Shown: positions 29,093 through 40,460, counted from the stretch's first letter. The stretch is 64,000 bases of DNA from an uncultured Actinomycetota bacterium (GCA_963843075.1 CAWJJD010000001.1:1531057-1595056); one strand, 5' to 3'. Notes: generated by a model not told the origin, from the letters alone. Made by a program: numbers and translations.

Positions 29093-30906
29093 GAGGACGG
29101 CCCCGATGCATCGTCCTCGGGCGAGGGGGCCGGGAGCCGGATCCAGTAGAAGCCGTAGCCGCCCAGGGTGAGCAGGTAGGGCAGCTCACCGACCTGCGGG
29201 AAACGCACCCCGCCCAGGAGCTCGACGGGTCGCACGCCCTCCCAGCGACGCAGGTCGAGCTCGACGGGCTGGGGGAAGCGGCTGAGGTTGTTCACGCACA
29301 GCACGGTGTCCTTGTTGCCGTCGTCGTCGACGTGTTCGCGCATGTAGGACAGCACGGTCGGGTTGGATCCTCCGAGGTCGGTGAACTCTCCGAGGCCGAA
29401 GGACGGGTGCTGCTTGCGGGCGTGGATCATCCGGCGCGTCCAGTGCAGCAGGGAGGACGAGTCGTCCAGCTCGGTCTCGACATTGACCCGCTGGTACCCG
29501 AAGACCGGGTCCTGGATCGGGGGCAGGTGCAGTTTTCCCGGAGTGGCGATGGAGAAGCCGGCGTTGCGGTCGGGCGTCCACTGCATCGGGGTGCGGACGC
29601 CGTCGCGGTCGCCGAGCCAGATGTTGTCGCCCATCCCGATCTCGTCGCCGTAGTAGAGCACCGGCGAGCCGGGGAGGGAGAGCAGCAGCGCGGTGAACAG
29701 CTCCATCCGGTTGGTGTCGTTGTCCAGGAGCGGTGCCAGGCGACGCCGGATGCCGATGTTGGCCTTCATGCGGGGGTCCTTGGCGTACTCGTCCCACATG
29801 TAGTCGCGTTCCTCGTCGTTGACCATCTCGAGGGTCAGCTCGTCGTGGTTGCGCAGGAAGATGCCCCACTGGCAGCCGTCGGGGATGGCCGGGGTCTGCT
29901 CGAGGATCTCGGAGATGGGGAAGCGGTTCTCCCGGCGTACGGCCATGAAGATCCGCGGCATCACCGGGAAGTGGAAGCACATGTGGCACTCGTCGCCGGG
30001 GGAGAGCCACTCGCCGGTCTCCTCGTCGCGCTTGCCGCCGAAGTAGTCGACCACGTCGGAGGGCCACTGGTTGGCCTCCGCGAGCAGCACCCGCCCGGGG
30101 TAGTGCTCGTCGACATAGCTGCGCACGCGGCGCAGCGCCTCGTGCGTCTCCGGGAGGTTCTCGCCGTTGGTGCCCGGGCGCTCGTAGAGGTAGGGCACCG
30201 CGTCGAGCCGGAACCCGTCGAGGCCCATGTCGAGCCAGAAGCTCATCGCCTCGAGCATCGCCTCCATGACCTTCGGGTTGTCGAAGTTCAGGTCGGGCTG
30301 GTGGGAGAAGAAGCGGTGCCAGTAGTACTGCTGGCGCACCGGGTCCCACGTCCAGTTCGAGGGCTCGGTGTCGACGAAGATGACGCGGGCTTCCTCGTAG
30401 AGCTCGTCGGTGTCGGACCAGACGTAGAAGTCGCCGTAGGGGCCGTCGGGGTCCTCGCGACTGGCCTGGAACCACGGGTGCTGGTCGCTGGTGTGGTTCA
30501 TGACGAAGTCGATGATCACGCGGATGTCGCGCTTGTGCGCCTCGTCGAGGAAGTGGTGGAAGTCCTCCACCGTCCCGGCCTCGGGCAGGATGTTGGTGTA
30601 GTCGGAGATGTCGTAGCCACCGTCGCGCAGGGGCGAGGAGAAGAACGGCGGCACCCACAGGCAGTCGATGCCCAGCCAGTGCAGGTAGTCGAGCTTCTCG
30701 GCCAGGCCACGGAAGTCGCCGACGCCGTCACCGTTGGAGTCCTTGAACGACCGGACCAGGACCTCGTAGAAGACGGCCGTCTTGAACCAGTCGGGCTGGT
30801 CGAAGTGGGCCGGGGTCGGGTCGCCGGTGGTGCTCGGGACCACGCCGCTGTCGCCGAAGTTGTGCTCCCCGTCCTCCGTGGGCGGGGTCGTCGCCACCTC
30901 GCTCAT
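29089..30906 (-). CDS. treS: Trehalose synthase (maltose alpha-D-glucosyltransferase)
   Basis: [34 protein letters not shown] and [11 protein letters not shown]. The start is ATG 30906; the longer track ORF is a shadow extension. Confidence 0.95.
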   Translation of the reverse strand: MSEVATTPPTEDGEHNFGDSGVVPSTTGDPTPAHFDQPDWFKTAVFYEVLVRSFKDSNGDGVGDFRGLAEKLDYLHWLGIDCLWVPPFFSSPLRDGGYDISDYTNILPEAGTVEDFHHFLDEAHKRDIRVIIDFVMNHTSDQHPWFQASREDPDGPYGDFYVWSDTDELYEEARVIFVDTEPSNWTWDPVRQQYYWHRFFSHQPDLNFDNPKVMEAMLEAMSFWLDMGLDGFRLDAVPYLYERPGTNGENLPETHEALRRVRSYVDEHYPGRVLLAEANQWPSDVVDYFGGKRDEETGEWLSPGDECHMCFHFPVMPRIFMAVRRENRFPISEILEQTPAIPDGCQWGIFLRNHDELTLEMVNDEERDYMWDEYAKDPRMKANIGIRRRLAPLLDNDTNRMELFTALLLSLPGSPVLYYGDEIGMGDNIWLGDRDGVRTPMQWTPDRNAGFSIATPGKLHLPPIQDPVFGYQRVNVETELDDSSSLLHWTRRMIHARKQHPSFGLGEFTDLGGSNPTVLSYMREHVDDDGNKDTVLCVNNLSRFPQPVELDLRRWEGVRPVELLGGVRFPQVGELPYLLTLGGYGFYWIRLPAPSPEDDASGPSS

Positions 30907-32894
30907 GCAAGGCTCCTGACCGAGAGGACGTGTGCCGGCTCCTGGTAGGGGTCGAGGTGCACGAAGTTGTGCGCACCCCACTGCCAGTCCTGACCGGTGA
31001 TCTCGTCGTGCACGGCGAAGGTGTCCTCCCAGTTGAGTCCGATGGCGGGCAGGTCCAGATGGACCATGGTGGTGCGCGGTGAGTGCGGGTCGACGTTGAC
31101 GACGACGATCACGATGTCGTCGACCTCGCCAGTGGTCGGGCTGGTCGAGACCTTCGTGAAGACCAGCACGGCGTCGTCGTCGCTGGAGTGGATCGTGACG
31201 TTGCGCAGCTGCTGGAGCGCGGGGTGGGCGCGACGGATCTCGTTGAGCCGGGTGAGGTAGGGCGCCAGCGTCTGTCCGCTGCGGTCGGCGGCCTCCCAGT
31301 CGCGGAGCTTGATCTGGTATTTCTCCGAGTCGAGGTACTCCTCGCTGCCGGGCTTGACGGCGAGGTGCTCGTAGAGCTCGAATCCGGCGTAGACGCCCCA
31401 GCTGGGGGAGCCGGTGGCGGCCAGCACGGCACGGATCTTGAAGGCCGGCGGACCGCCGTACTGCAAGAAGGCGTGCAGGATGTCGGGGGTGTTGACGAAG
31501 AAGTTCGGCCGGAGCACGTGGGAGGTCTCGTGGGAGACCTCGCGGAGATAGGTCTCCAGCTCGGTGCGCGACGTGCGCCACGTGAAGTAGGTGTAGCTCT
31601 GGTGGAAGCCGACCGTCGCCAGTGCCTGCATCATCGGCGGCTTGGTGAAGGCCTCGGAGAGGAACAGCACGTCGGGGTCGGTCTCCCGGATCCGTCCGAG
31701 CAGCCACTCCCAGAACTTGACCGGCTTGGTGTGCGGGTTGTCGACGCGGAAGATCCGCACGCCGTGGGACATCCACAGGCGCAGGATGCGCTCGGTCTCG
31801 GCGTAGATGCCCTCGGGGTCGTTGTCGAAGTTGATCGGGTAGATGTCCTGGTACTTCTTCGGCGGGTTCTCCGCGTAGGCGATGGTGCCGTCGGCGCGGG
31901 TGGTGAACCACTCCGGGTGCTCCTTGGCCCACGGGTGGTCCGGGGCCGCCTGGAGGGCGAAGTCGAGGGCCACCTCGAGGCCCACACGCCCGGCCTCCTG
32001 CACGAAGGCGTCGAAGTCCTCGAAGCTGCCGAGGTCGGGGTGGATCGCGTCGTGCCCGCCGAGGCTGCTGCCGATCGCCCACGGCGACCCGACGTCGTCG
32101 GCCGTCGGGGTGAGGGTGTTGTTGGCGCCCTTGCGGTTCACCTCGCCGATCGGGTGGATGGGCGGCATGTAGAGCACGTCGAAGCCCATGTCGGCGACGG
32201 CCTGGAGCCGCTTCGCGGCGGTGCGGAAGGTGCCGCTGACGACCTGGCCGGTCTTCTCGTCGCGGTAGGCACCCTCGGAGCGCGGGAAGAACTCATACCA
32301 GCTGGAGCAGAGCGCGCGCTCGCGGTCGACGAAGAGCGGGTAGGGCCCCTCGGTGCTGAGCAGGTCGCGCAGCGGGTGCGTGGCGAAGATGTGGGCCAGC
32401 TCCCCGGACTCAGCGGCCGCGAGGCGTGCCTCGACCGGTCGCTCGGTGTCCTGGAGCGCCTTGACGGCGTCCTTGAGGGTGGCCTTCTCGCCCCGGTCCA
32501 GATCGCCTTCGCTGACAACGCGCTCGAGCAGCAGCACGCCCTCGGTGAACATCAGCTCGACGTCGACACCGGCCCGGATCTTGATGCCGGCGTCGTGCAG
32601 CCAGGTGCCGATCGGGTCGCTCCACGCCTGGACCTCGAAGGACCAGGCACCCACGGTGTCCGCGCGGACCCGCGCTGCCATCCGGGAGACCTGTCCCTCG
32701 ACGTCGTGCATGCGCACCGGGGGCCGCCTGGCTCCGCTCGGGTCGATCAGCACCGCCTCGGCGCCGAGCTGGTCGTGGCCCTCCCGGAACACGAGTGCGG
32801 TGACGTCGAAGGGCTCCCCGACGGCAGCCTTCGCAGCGTTGCGCCCGAGGTTGACGACGGGTGTCACGTCCATGACTGGGATGCGTCCGACCAT
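30903..32894 (-). CDS. glgE: Alpha-1,4-glucan:maltose-1-phosphate maltosyltransferase
   Basis: [47 protein letters not shown] and FFVNTPDIL. Confidence 0.95.
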   Translation of the reverse strand: MVGRIPVMDVTPVVNLGRNAAKAAVGEPFDVTALVFREGHDQLGAEAVLIDPSGARRPPVRMHDVEGQVSRMAARVRADTVGAWSFEVQAWSDPIGTWLHDAGIKIRAGVDVELMFTEGVLLLERVVSEGDLDRGEKATLKDAVKALQDTERPVEARLAAAESGELAHIFATHPLRDLLSTEGPYPLFVDRERALCSSWYEFFPRSEGAYRDEKTGQVVSGTFRTAAKRLQAVADMGFDVLYMPPIHPIGEVNRKGANNTLTPTADDVGSPWAIGSSLGGHDAIHPDLGSFEDFDAFVQEAGRVGLEVALDFALQAAPDHPWAKEHPEWFTTRADGTIAYAENPPKKYQDIYPINFDNDPEGIYAETERILRLWMSHGVRIFRVDNPHTKPVKFWEWLLGRIRETDPDVLFLSEAFTKPPMMQALATVGFHQSYTYFTWRTSRTELETYLREVSHETSHVLRPNFFVNTPDILHAFLQYGGPPAFKIRAVLAATGSPSWGVYAGFELYEHLAVKPGSEEYLDSEKYQIKLRDWEAADRSGQTLAPYLTRLNEIRRAHPALQQLRNVTIHSSDDDAVLVFTKVSTSPTTGEVDDIVIVVVNVDPHSPRTTMVHLDLPAIGLNWEDTFAVHDEITGQDWQWGAHNFVHLDPYQEPAHVLSVRSLA

Positions 32895-32978
32895 GCTCCC
32901 CAGACTTGCGAAGTCCGGCCCCTGACGCAAACGAGCCGTCGAACGATGGTCGGGGAGGCCCGCCGGGAACGCTCCCGA

Positions 32979-35900
32979 CTAGAAGACCTCGAGCTCGGCT
33001 GCGCGCACCGACAGGTCGGCGTCGGAGCCGGCCTTGCAGTCGGTGTCGTTGACCGGGTCGTTGTCCTGCTCACCTGCGTACGCCGGTGCACCGGTGCACT
33101 GGTTCTCGAGGGCCACCAGCCGGACCGCCGAGGCGGTGGTGTCCGGCACGTCGAAGGTGCGCAGGGTGAGGTTGGGCGCCACGGGGCGGGGTGCCACGCC
33201 CGGGAAGGCGTCGGCCGCGCTGGTGTAGATGCGCTTCCAGGCGGCGTTGGCGGCCGAGCAGCCGGTCGTGCACACCTCGACCGCGAAGCGGCGAAGTGCG
33301 GTGAACCGCGCCCCGGAGTCCGGGTCGTCGTCGGCGTCGGCCAGCAGCGGCAACCCGTCGGTGGGCCCGGCCGGGGCCGGGTGGAGCATCGCCGAGACCC
33401 GCACGGAGCTGATCTTGCGGGCCGTGGAGCCGGCCAGGTCGACGGCGACCCACGGGCTGGTCGCGTCGACGGAGTCGCTCTCGTTGACACCCGCCCAGCT
33501 GGTCTCCTCGGTGTCGTCGATCAGGGCCGCGGCATTGAGGCTCCCGGCACTGGCGGCGAGGACCTTGGCGCCGTTCTTCGCCGAGGCCAGGTTGGGCCTC
33601 AGGGCGAAGGTCTTCGTCACGGCCTTCCCGGCGCTCACCGTGAGCGTCGAGCGGGTCATGCCGTAGCCCGGGGCGACGAACAGCACCCTGTAGGTGCCGG
33701 CCGTGAGCTTGGCGGTGTTCGAGAGCGGCGTGGCGCTGACGGTGTCGGCCACCGGCGTGGACCGCGCCTCGAAGTCGCCGATGTAGACCTTGCCGGCCGG
33801 TGCCGGCGAGCCCGAGGGCACGGTTGCTGCGAACTTCACCGTGGCCGGTGCCGACCTCGGTGAGGCGAAGCCGGGCGTCGGGTCCCCCGAGTCGGCGTCC
33901 GGCGTCGAGGCGTTGCTGCCCATGCCGCGACGGGCGAAGGCGTCCCACAGCGCGGCCTGGTTGGCCCCGCCGAAGCGCATCCGGTCGGCGGCCAGCATCG
34001 CGTCGCGGGCGTCGAGCATGCTGGTCGCACCCTGCTGGAGCAGGAACGCGTCGAAGACCAGCTGCAGCCAGCGGCGGTTGCCGGGGCACTGGGTGGCCGG
34101 GGTCGGCGTGCTCGTCGCGGTGGCCTGGGCGCACTTCAGGTTGAGTGCCTTGTCGGTGGTCGGGTAGGCCTTGTCGTACTTCGCGACCAGGGCCTTGCGG
34201 ACCTCCCACATGGTGCCGTTCCAGATCTCGCCGTCGGCGTGGACCTCCACCCCGGGGGAGTCGAAGCCGTAGTCGCTGTAGTTCAGCGGGTTGGTGTCGA
34301 TGGCGTAGTCGCGGATGCCGACCGTCTTGTTGCCGGTGGCGTAGGGACCGACCGCCCACGGGCTGGCGCCGTTGGAGTAGCCGTGCTCGTACATGTACTC
34401 CGCGGCCGTCAGGTCACCCCAGGACTCGCCCATGGCGCCTCCCTGCTCGGAGGTGATGCCCTCGTCGGGGCCGCCGATCATCCGGTTGCTGATGGCGTGG
34501 GTGTACTCGTGCCCGACGATGCTCATGTCGAGGCTGCCGTCGGTGCACGGCGAGTAGAACCCGCCGGCCAGCGGCTGGAAGAGGTATTGGTTGGTGATGC
34601 CGGGGATGCCGTCCTGCAGGGCGATCTGGTTGGCGTTGTCGCGACCGAGGAACGACGGCTGGCCGCCGGTGAGGGCGCCGGCCTGGGCGTTGCCGATCTC
34701 GGGGTCGTTGCCCCGCGTCGGGTCGTCGTTGCGGCCCAGGTTGTCGACCTGCAGGTTGTAGTTCTCCTCGGTGAAGCCGAGGTAGTAGGAGAAGTCGTGC
34801 ATCCGGTTGTGCGCGACGTGCAGGTTGGTGACCGAGGCGTTGATGTCGTTGCCGGTCGGGTGCAGCTGGGTCGGGTCGCACTTGGAGTTGTTCCACGCGT
34901 CGGTGAAGGCCTCGGTGTAGTCCCGCGTCGGCGAGACCGGTGCCTGCGCAAGGCCACCGGGAGCAAGCGGGTTGGCCCACGCCTCGTGGGTGTTGGCGTT
35001 GTTGCCGACGGTCGTGAAGCTCGGGGTGCCGGTCTTGACCGTGTAGTCCCACGGCCCCGGGGCGGCCACGTTGCGGAACGGCCCGGTCGGCGAGGTGCAG
35101 CCGGCGACGGCGGTCCAGCAGCCGACCACCGAGTTGGACGGCGTCGTCGAGGCCGACCAGTCGAGCGTCGGGTTGGAGGTGAAGTAGCGCCACTTCGGCT
35201 GACCGAGCGACGTGGTCGGCGTACTGCTGTCGCTGGTGGTGACGCCGGCCGCGTAGTCACCGGCGCCGACGAACGGGACGTCGGGGTTCTCGAAGGGGCA
35301 GACCTGCATCGAGTAGATGCCGGCGGGGATGGAGGCCGCGCTGTAGGTCGCGACCTCGGGGCTGGTGGCGGTGTCGCTGGTCACCAGCAGGGCGCCGCTC
35401 GGGTTGAAGATCTTGACGGTGATGTCGTTGGTGGTGATCGCCTCGGCGGCCGTGGCGACGATCTGACGGGTGTTGGCGTCCTTGAGCTCGAACTGGTGCT
35501 GGGGGCCGCACTCGGTCGCGGTGACCGCGCCCTGGAACTGGAAGGCGTCGTTGCTCTGGTCCACCTTGTTCTGGCGGACGACGACCTTGCCGCTGACGGC
35601 GTCGACGAGCACGGTGTAGGCCGTCGCGGCGCCGCCCTTGACGTCGACCACGTTGGCCTCGAAGACGGGACGCACGGTGCCGTCGGCGTACGCCAGCGAG
35701 CGCAGGCGGACCTGCTGCTCCTGGGCGAAGCCCGGGACGGTGAAGCGGGTCCAGCCGAGCTTCTCGGTGACCTCGGCCAGCGAGCCGAGGGACACGTTGC
35801 GGCCGACGGAGGCCGCCGCCTTCAGCCACGCGGCGGTGGGGGAGAGCGTCGCGGCCGGCACCGAGGAGGCGGTGGTGCGCACCAGCGAGGAGGAGACGTA

Positions 35901-36398
35901 GTGGATCGCGCCGTTGCCCACGCCGACGGTGACCTGGCTGTCCAGCGCGGGTGCGGGACCGCCGAAGTCCTGGCGGAAGAGCACGGCACGCGCGTTGCTG
36001 CCGGCCAGCTTCTGGTTGTTGACGAGGGTCAGGCCCAACAGCTGGCTCGCGGAGAGCCCGAAGACCGCGGCGTGCGCGGTCAGCCAGGAGCGGGCGGCCG
36101 TCACTGCGTCACCCGGGGCGGCGCCGAGGTTGCCCGAGAGGGGGGAGATGGAGGAAGGGGTGCCGAAGCTGTTCCAGCGCACCGCGGCGCGGAGGCCGGC
36201 GGCGGCCGACTTCTGTGCGGCCGAGGGCTGGGCGGCTCCACGGGCGTCGAGGTCGTCGAGGCCGGCGGTGGCCTGCTCGAGCGACGTGGGCGTCAGCCGG
36301 GTCGGTGCCGGAGCGGCCTCCCCGGGAAGCTGGCTCAGGCCGGCGAGCAGGGTGGTCGCGGTGGCGACGCCGAGGAGCCGGAAGGTGGTGCTGGGCAT
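32979..36398 (-). CDS. Secreted M36 (fungalysin-type) zinc metallopeptidase with propeptide and C-terminal domains
   Basis: Signal peptide; FTP/PepSY-like propeptide; HEYTH (HExxH) and downstream GGAMGESWGD; VHADGEIW. Confidence 0.85.
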   Translation of the reverse strand: MPSTTFRLLGVATATTLLAGLSQLPGEAAPAPTRLTPTSLEQATAGLDDLDARGAAQPSAAQKSAAAGLRAAVRWNSFGTPSSISPLSGNLGAAPGDAVTAARSWLTAHAAVFGLSASQLLGLTLVNNQKLAGSNARAVLFRQDFGGPAPALDSQVTVGVGNGAIHYVSSSLVRTTASSVPAATLSPTAAWLKAAASVGRNVSLGSLAEVTEKLGWTRFTVPGFAQEQQVRLRSLAYADGTVRPVFEANVVDVKGGAATAYTVLVDAVSGKVVVRQNKVDQSNDAFQFQGAVTATECGPQHQFELKDANTRQIVATAAEAITTNDITVKIFNPSGALLVTSDTATSPEVATYSAASIPAGIYSMQVCPFENPDVPFVGAGDYAAGVTTSDSSTPTTSLGQPKWRYFTSNPTLDWSASTTPSNSVVGCWTAVAGCTSPTGPFRNVAAPGPWDYTVKTGTPSFTTVGNNANTHEAWANPLAPGGLAQAPVSPTRDYTEAFTDAWNNSKCDPTQLHPTGNDINASVTNLHVAHNRMHDFSYYLGFTEENYNLQVDNLGRNDDPTRGNDPEIGNAQAGALTGGQPSFLGRDNANQIALQDGIPGITNQYLFQPLAGGFYSPCTDGSLDMSIVGHEYTHAISNRMIGGPDEGITSEQGGAMGESWGDLTAAEYMYEHGYSNGASPWAVGPYATGNKTVGIRDYAIDTNPLNYSDYGFDSPGVEVHADGEIWNGTMWEVRKALVAKYDKAYPTTDKALNLKCAQATATSTPTPATQCPGNRRWLQLVFDAFLLQQGATSMLDARDAMLAADRMRFGGANQAALWDAFARRGMGSNASTPDADSGDPTPGFASPRSAPATVKFAATVPSGSPAPAGKVYIGDFEARSTPVADTVSATPLSNTAKLTAGTYRVLFVAPGYGMTRSTLTVSAGKAVTKTFALRPNLASAKNGAKVLAASAGSLNAAALIDDTEETSWAGVNESDSVDATSPWVAVDLAGSTARKISSVRVSAMLHPAPAGPTDGLPLLADADDDPDSGARFTALRRFAVEVCTTGCSAANAAWKRIYTSAADAFPGVAPRPVAPNLTLRTFDVPDTTASAVRLVALENQCTGAPAYAGEQDNDPVNDTDCKAGSDADLSVRAAELEVF

Positions 36399-36553
36399 GG
36401 TGCCTCCGCGGGGCTGGTCGGCCGGTGGGCCGAAGCGATGTTGCTGCACCAACGGCCGGTGGCCGGTCTTGGTTACTGGCCAGTCCGATCTGCAACACGG
36501 CCGAAACACGCCCGGTGAGATGCATAGACCGGTTTGCGCGATTTCCGATCTTC

Positions 36554-36569
36554 GTTGGATCGATCCAAC
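36554..36569. promoter_or_regulatory. 16-bp perfect palindrome upstream of glgP
   Basis: GTTGGATCGATCCAAC. TAGCGT -10 at 36580-36585 lies 6 nt before GTG 36592. Confidence 0.5.
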
Positions 36570-36591
36570 ACTTCTGCGTTAGCGTGCTCCG

Positions 36592-39168
36592 GTGCGCGCC
36601 ATTCGACGATTCACCGTCCGTCCGGTCCTGCCGGAGCCGCTTCGCCTGCTGGGCGACCTGGCGACCAACCTGAGGTGGTCCTGGCACCCGGAGACCCAGG
36701 ACGTCTTCGCGGCCATCGACGCGGAGATCTGGAAGGCGAGCGGGCGTGACCCGGTCAAGACGCTCGGCGCCGTCTCCAGCGCCCGGCTGCAGGAGCTCGC
36801 GGCGGACAAGCGGTTCGTGCGGATGCTCGAGCTGGCCCACGCGGACCTCGAGCAGTACCTCACCGGCGCGCGCTGGTTCCAGAAGAAGACCGGTGCCGAC
36901 GCCCCCCAGGCGATCGCCTACTTCTCACCGGAGTACGGCATCACCTCGGTGCTGCCGCAGTACTCCGGAGGCCTCGGCATCCTCGCCGGTGACCACCTCA
37001 AGACCGCCAGCGACCTCGGCGTGCCGCTGATCGGCGTCGGTCTGCTCTACCAGAACGGGTACTTCCGCCAGCAGTTCTCACGCGAGGGCTGGCAGCAGGA
37101 GACCTACCCGGTGCTCGACCCCGACGGCCTGCCGATCACGCTGCTTCGCGAGGGAGACGGAACCCCCGCGGAGGTGCGTCTGGCGGTGCCCGGTGAGTCG
37201 GAGCTGGTGGCGCGGATCTTCGTGGCGCAGGTCGGCCGGGTGCCGTTGCTGCTGCTCGACACCGACGTCGAGGACAACCCGCTGCCGCTGCGCGAGGTGA
37301 CCGACCGTCTCTACGGCGGCACCACCGAGCACCGGCTCCTGCAGGAGCTGCTCCTCGGTGTCGGCGGTGTGCGCGCGGTGCGCACCTTCTCCCGGCTCAC
37401 GGGTCACCCCGAGCCCGAGGTGTTCCACACCAACGAGGGCCACGCCGGGTTCCTCGGCCTGGAGCGGATCCGCGAGCTGACCGTCGCCGAGGGTGGTCCG
37501 GGTCTCGACTTCGACACCGCCCTCGAGGTGACCCGGGCGGGCACCGTCTTCACCACGCACACCCCCGTCCCCGCGGGCATCGACCGGTTCCCGCGCGAGC
37601 TGGTCGAGCAGTACTTCGGCGCGCACAGTGCCGTGGCCGGCGTACCGACCGACCGGATCCTGCGCCTCGGCGCCGAGGACTACACGGGCGGCGACCGCGG
37701 CGTGTTCAACATGGCCGTGATGGGTTTCCGGCTCTCCCAGCGCGCCAACGGCGTCTCCCTGCTGCACGGCGAGGTCAGCCGCGGGATGTTCAACGGGCTG
37801 TGGCCGGCGTTCGACGAGGCCGAGGTGCCGATCACCTCGATCACCAACGGCGTCCACGCCCCGACCTGGGTGGCGCGCGAGGTCTTCGAGCTGGCCAACA
37901 AGCAGGGCGTCGACACCGACTCCGACTCCCTCGACCTGTGGAACGTCGTCGACAAGATCCCCTCGACCGACCTGTGGTCCACCAAGCGCGAGCTGCGCAA
38001 GCGCCTCGTGGAGGACGCGCGCGGCCGGCTGCGCAAGTCGTGCCTCCAGCGCGGCGCGGCGCCGGCCGAGCTCGGCTGGATCGACACGGCCCTCGACCCC
38101 GACGTGCTGACGATCGGCTTCGCGCGCCGGGCCGCGTCCTACAAGCGGCTGACGCTGATGCTCAGCGACCCCGAGCGGCTCAAGAAGCTGCTGCTGCACC
38201 CCGAGCGGCCGATCCAGCTGATCATGGCCGGCAAGGCGCACCCCGCCGACGACGGTGGCAAGAAGCTGATCCAGGCGATCGTGCAGCTGGCCGACGACCC
38301 GGAGGTGCGGCACCGCATCGCCTACCTGCCCAACTACGACATCGCGATGGCGCAGCCGCTCTACCCCGGCTGCGACGTCTGGCTGAACAACCCGCTGCGC
38401 CCCTACGAGGCGTGCGGCACCTCCGGCATGAAGGCCGCCCTCAACGGTGGGCTCAACCTCTCGATCCTCGACGGCTGGTGGGACGAGTGGTACGACGGCG
38501 AGAACGGCTGGGCGATCCCGTCGGCCGACGGCGTCGAGGACCCCGACCTGCGTGACGACATCGAGGCCAACGCGCTCTACGACCTGATCGAGAAGGAGGT
38601 GGCCCCCCGCTTCTACGACCTCGACGAGGTCGGGGTGCCGACCCGCTGGATCGAGATGGTGCGCCACACCCTGAAGTCGCTCGGGCCCAAGGTGCTCTCG
38701 ACCCGGATGGTGCGGGAGTACGTCGAGCGCCTCTACGCGCCGGCCGCCGTGTCGTCGCGGGCGATGAACGACTCCTACGAGGGAGCCGCCGAGCTCGCCA
38801 CCTGGAAGCACCGCGTCGTCGACGGCTGGTCCGGCGTCCACGTCGACCACGTCGAGACCGAGGGCCTCTCCGACACCCCGGAGCTCGGCGGCGGCATGGA
38901 CCTCCACGTCTTCGTCTCGCTCGGTTCACTGACCCCCGACGACGTCGAGGTGCAGATCGTCCACGGCCGGGTCAAGGGCGAGGACCAGCTGGTCGACACG
39001 ACCACGATGCCGCTGGCCCTGGCCGAGACCTACGAGGGTGGCCGGCACCGTTTCGACGGTCACCTCCAGCTCGCCCGGGCCGGCTCCTTCGGCTACACCG
39101 TGCGGATCCTGCCCAGGAACCCCAACCTCGCCTCGCCGGCGGAGCTGGGGTTGGTGGCGCTCGCGTAG
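36592..39168 (+). CDS. glgP: Alpha-glucan (glycogen) phosphorylase
   Basis: YFSPEYG, YSGGLGILAGDH, FARRAASYKR and the PLP-lysine motif EACGTSGMK. Confidence 0.95.
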   Translation: MRAIRRFTVRPVLPEPLRLLGDLATNLRWSWHPETQDVFAAIDAEIWKASGRDPVKTLGAVSSARLQELAADKRFVRMLELAHADLEQYLTGARWFQKKTGADAPQAIAYFSPEYGITSVLPQYSGGLGILAGDHLKTASDLGVPLIGVGLLYQNGYFRQQFSREGWQQETYPVLDPDGLPITLLREGDGTPAEVRLAVPGESELVARIFVAQVGRVPLLLLDTDVEDNPLPLREVTDRLYGGTTEHRLLQELLLGVGGVRAVRTFSRLTGHPEPEVFHTNEGHAGFLGLERIRELTVAEGGPGLDFDTALEVTRAGTVFTTHTPVPAGIDRFPRELVEQYFGAHSAVAGVPTDRILRLGAEDYTGGDRGVFNMAVMGFRLSQRANGVSLLHGEVSRGMFNGLWPAFDEAEVPITSITNGVHAPTWVAREVFELANKQGVDTDSDSLDLWNVVDKIPSTDLWSTKRELRKRLVEDARGRLRKSCLQRGAAPAELGWIDTALDPDVLTIGFARRAASYKRLTLMLSDPERLKKLLLHPERPIQLIMAGKAHPADDGGKKLIQAIVQLADDPEVRHRIAYLPNYDIAMAQPLYPGCDVWLNNPLRPYEACGTSGMKAALNGGLNLSILDGWWDEWYDGENGWAIPSADGVEDPDLRDDIEANALYDLIEKEVAPRFYDLDEVGVPTRWIEMVRHTLKSLGPKVLSTRMVREYVERLYAPAAVSSRAMNDSYEGAAELATWKHRVVDGWSGVHVDHVETEGLSDTPELGGGMDLHVFVSLGSLTPDDVEVQIVHGRVKGEDQLVDTTTMPLALAETYEGGRHRFDGHLQLARAGSFGYTVRILPRNPNLASPAELGLVALA

Positions 39169-39174
39169 GGGGCT

Positions 39175-39247
39175 GCGGTTTGGCCGGGCGCCCGGCCAAA
39201 CCGCCAGTGGAGGGGTGAAACATCACCCCTCCACTGAAAGTTCAGCC
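39175..39247. repeat. REP-like double-hairpin element, family A, copy 1
   Basis: gcggtttggccggg-cg-cccggccaaaccgc followed by cagtggaggggtga-aaca-tcacccctccactg. Near-identical to 51366-51438. Confidence 0.85.
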
Positions 39248-39559
39248 CCCCACCCGTCGTGTACGACGGATCATCCACTCCCGGCGCCGTACGACGTCAC
39301 CACGGCGGATCGCGCGGATCCGGGGCACGGGCTGCAGCGCACCGAGGATCATCGCGGTCGCCGCGCAGGGCACGTGCACCACCAGCAGCCACCAGGCGAG
39401 GTCGGTCGGGACGTCGATCCGGCTGGCCGAGCGGTCCAGCAGCACGTAGGGGAACGCCAGCACCGGCGTCGCCACGACCGCGACCACGAGGATGGCGACG
39501 ACCAGCCTGGGTGTCCGGGAGCTGGGTGTCCGGCGGACGGTCCCGAGGCCGGTCGTCAT
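39242..39559 (-). pseudogene. Remnant of a DUF2306-like membrane protein (internal deletion, frameshift, truncation)
   Basis: LLVVHVPCAATAMILGALQPVPRIRA is joined directly to (A)IRRGDVVRRREWMIR. TGG ATG ATC CG TCG TAC gives a WMIRSY-like motif with one base missing. Confidence 0.55.
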
Positions 39560-39657
39560 GCTGCCGACTCTGCTCGTGGGCCCGGCGACGCGCATCGGGG
39601 ATCACCCCGGAGGCGACCCGGAGGCATCGGTTCGGAGCGCCTCTCTAGGCTCGCGTC

Positions 39658-40425
39658 GTGATCGAGCTCCGCAACCCGACCGAGATCGAGCAGATGAAGC
39701 CCGCCGGGCGCTTCGTGGCCGACGTGCTCACGCGTCTCGAAGAAGCCGCCGACGTCGGCGTGAACCTGCTCGAGCTCGACGCTCTCGCGCACGACCTGAT
39801 CCGGGAGGCGGGCGCGATCTCCTGCTACATCGACTACCACCCGTCGTTCGGGGCGATGCCGTTCGGCAAGGTGCTGTGCACGTCGGTCAACGACGCGGTG
39901 CTGCACGGGCTGCCGCACGACTACACCCTGCGCGACGGCGACCTGGTCAGCCTCGACTTCGCCGCCTCCCTCGACGGTTGGGTCTCCGACTCGGCGATCA
40001 GCCTGGTCGTGGGTGCCCCGGACCAGCGTGACCTCGACCTGATCGACACCACCGAACGCGCCCTCACCGCCGCCATCGATGCCGCCCAGCCCGGCAACCG
40101 GCTCGGCGACGTCTCGGCCGCGATCGGCGCGATCGCGCACGCCGAGGGTCTTTCGGTGAACGGCCAGTTCGGCGGCCACGGTGTCGGCCGGACCATGCAC
40201 GGTGACCCGCACGTCGCCAACGACGGCCGGCCGGGTCGTGGGTTCCGCCTGCAGCCGGGGCTGGTGATCGCGATCGAGCCGTGGTTCCTGCAGTCGACCG
40301 ACCAGATCTACACCGACCGGGACGGCTGGACCATCCGGAGCGCCGACGGCTCGCGGGGCGCGCACTCCGAGCACACGATCGCGATCACGGAGACCGGGCC
40401 GGTCGTGCTCACGGCGCGGGACTGA
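39658..40425 (+). CDS. map: Methionine aminopeptidase type I
   Basis: CTSVNDAVLHG, SLDFAASLDGWVSDSA, GHGVG, AIEP and HSEHT. Confidence 0.93.
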   Translation: MIELRNPTEIEQMKPAGRFVADVLTRLEEAADVGVNLLELDALAHDLIREAGAISCYIDYHPSFGAMPFGKVLCTSVNDAVLHGLPHDYTLRDGDLVSLDFAASLDGWVSDSAISLVVGAPDQRDLDLIDTTERALTAAIDAAQPGNRLGDVSAAIGAIAHAEGLSVNGQFGGHGVGRTMHGDPHVANDGRPGRGFRLQPGLVIAIEPWFLQSTDQIYTDRDGWTIRSADGSRGAHSEHTIAITETGPVVLTARD

Positions 40426-40460
40426 GGGTCCACCGCCCGGGACCGCTGCAGCGTGGCGCG

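Noticed and set aside
29089-32082. 997-aa ORF suggesting a TreS fusion
   Set aside because: The N-terminal ~390 codons overlap glgE in another frame and are low-complexity. The real start is ATG 30906 at the glgE stop.
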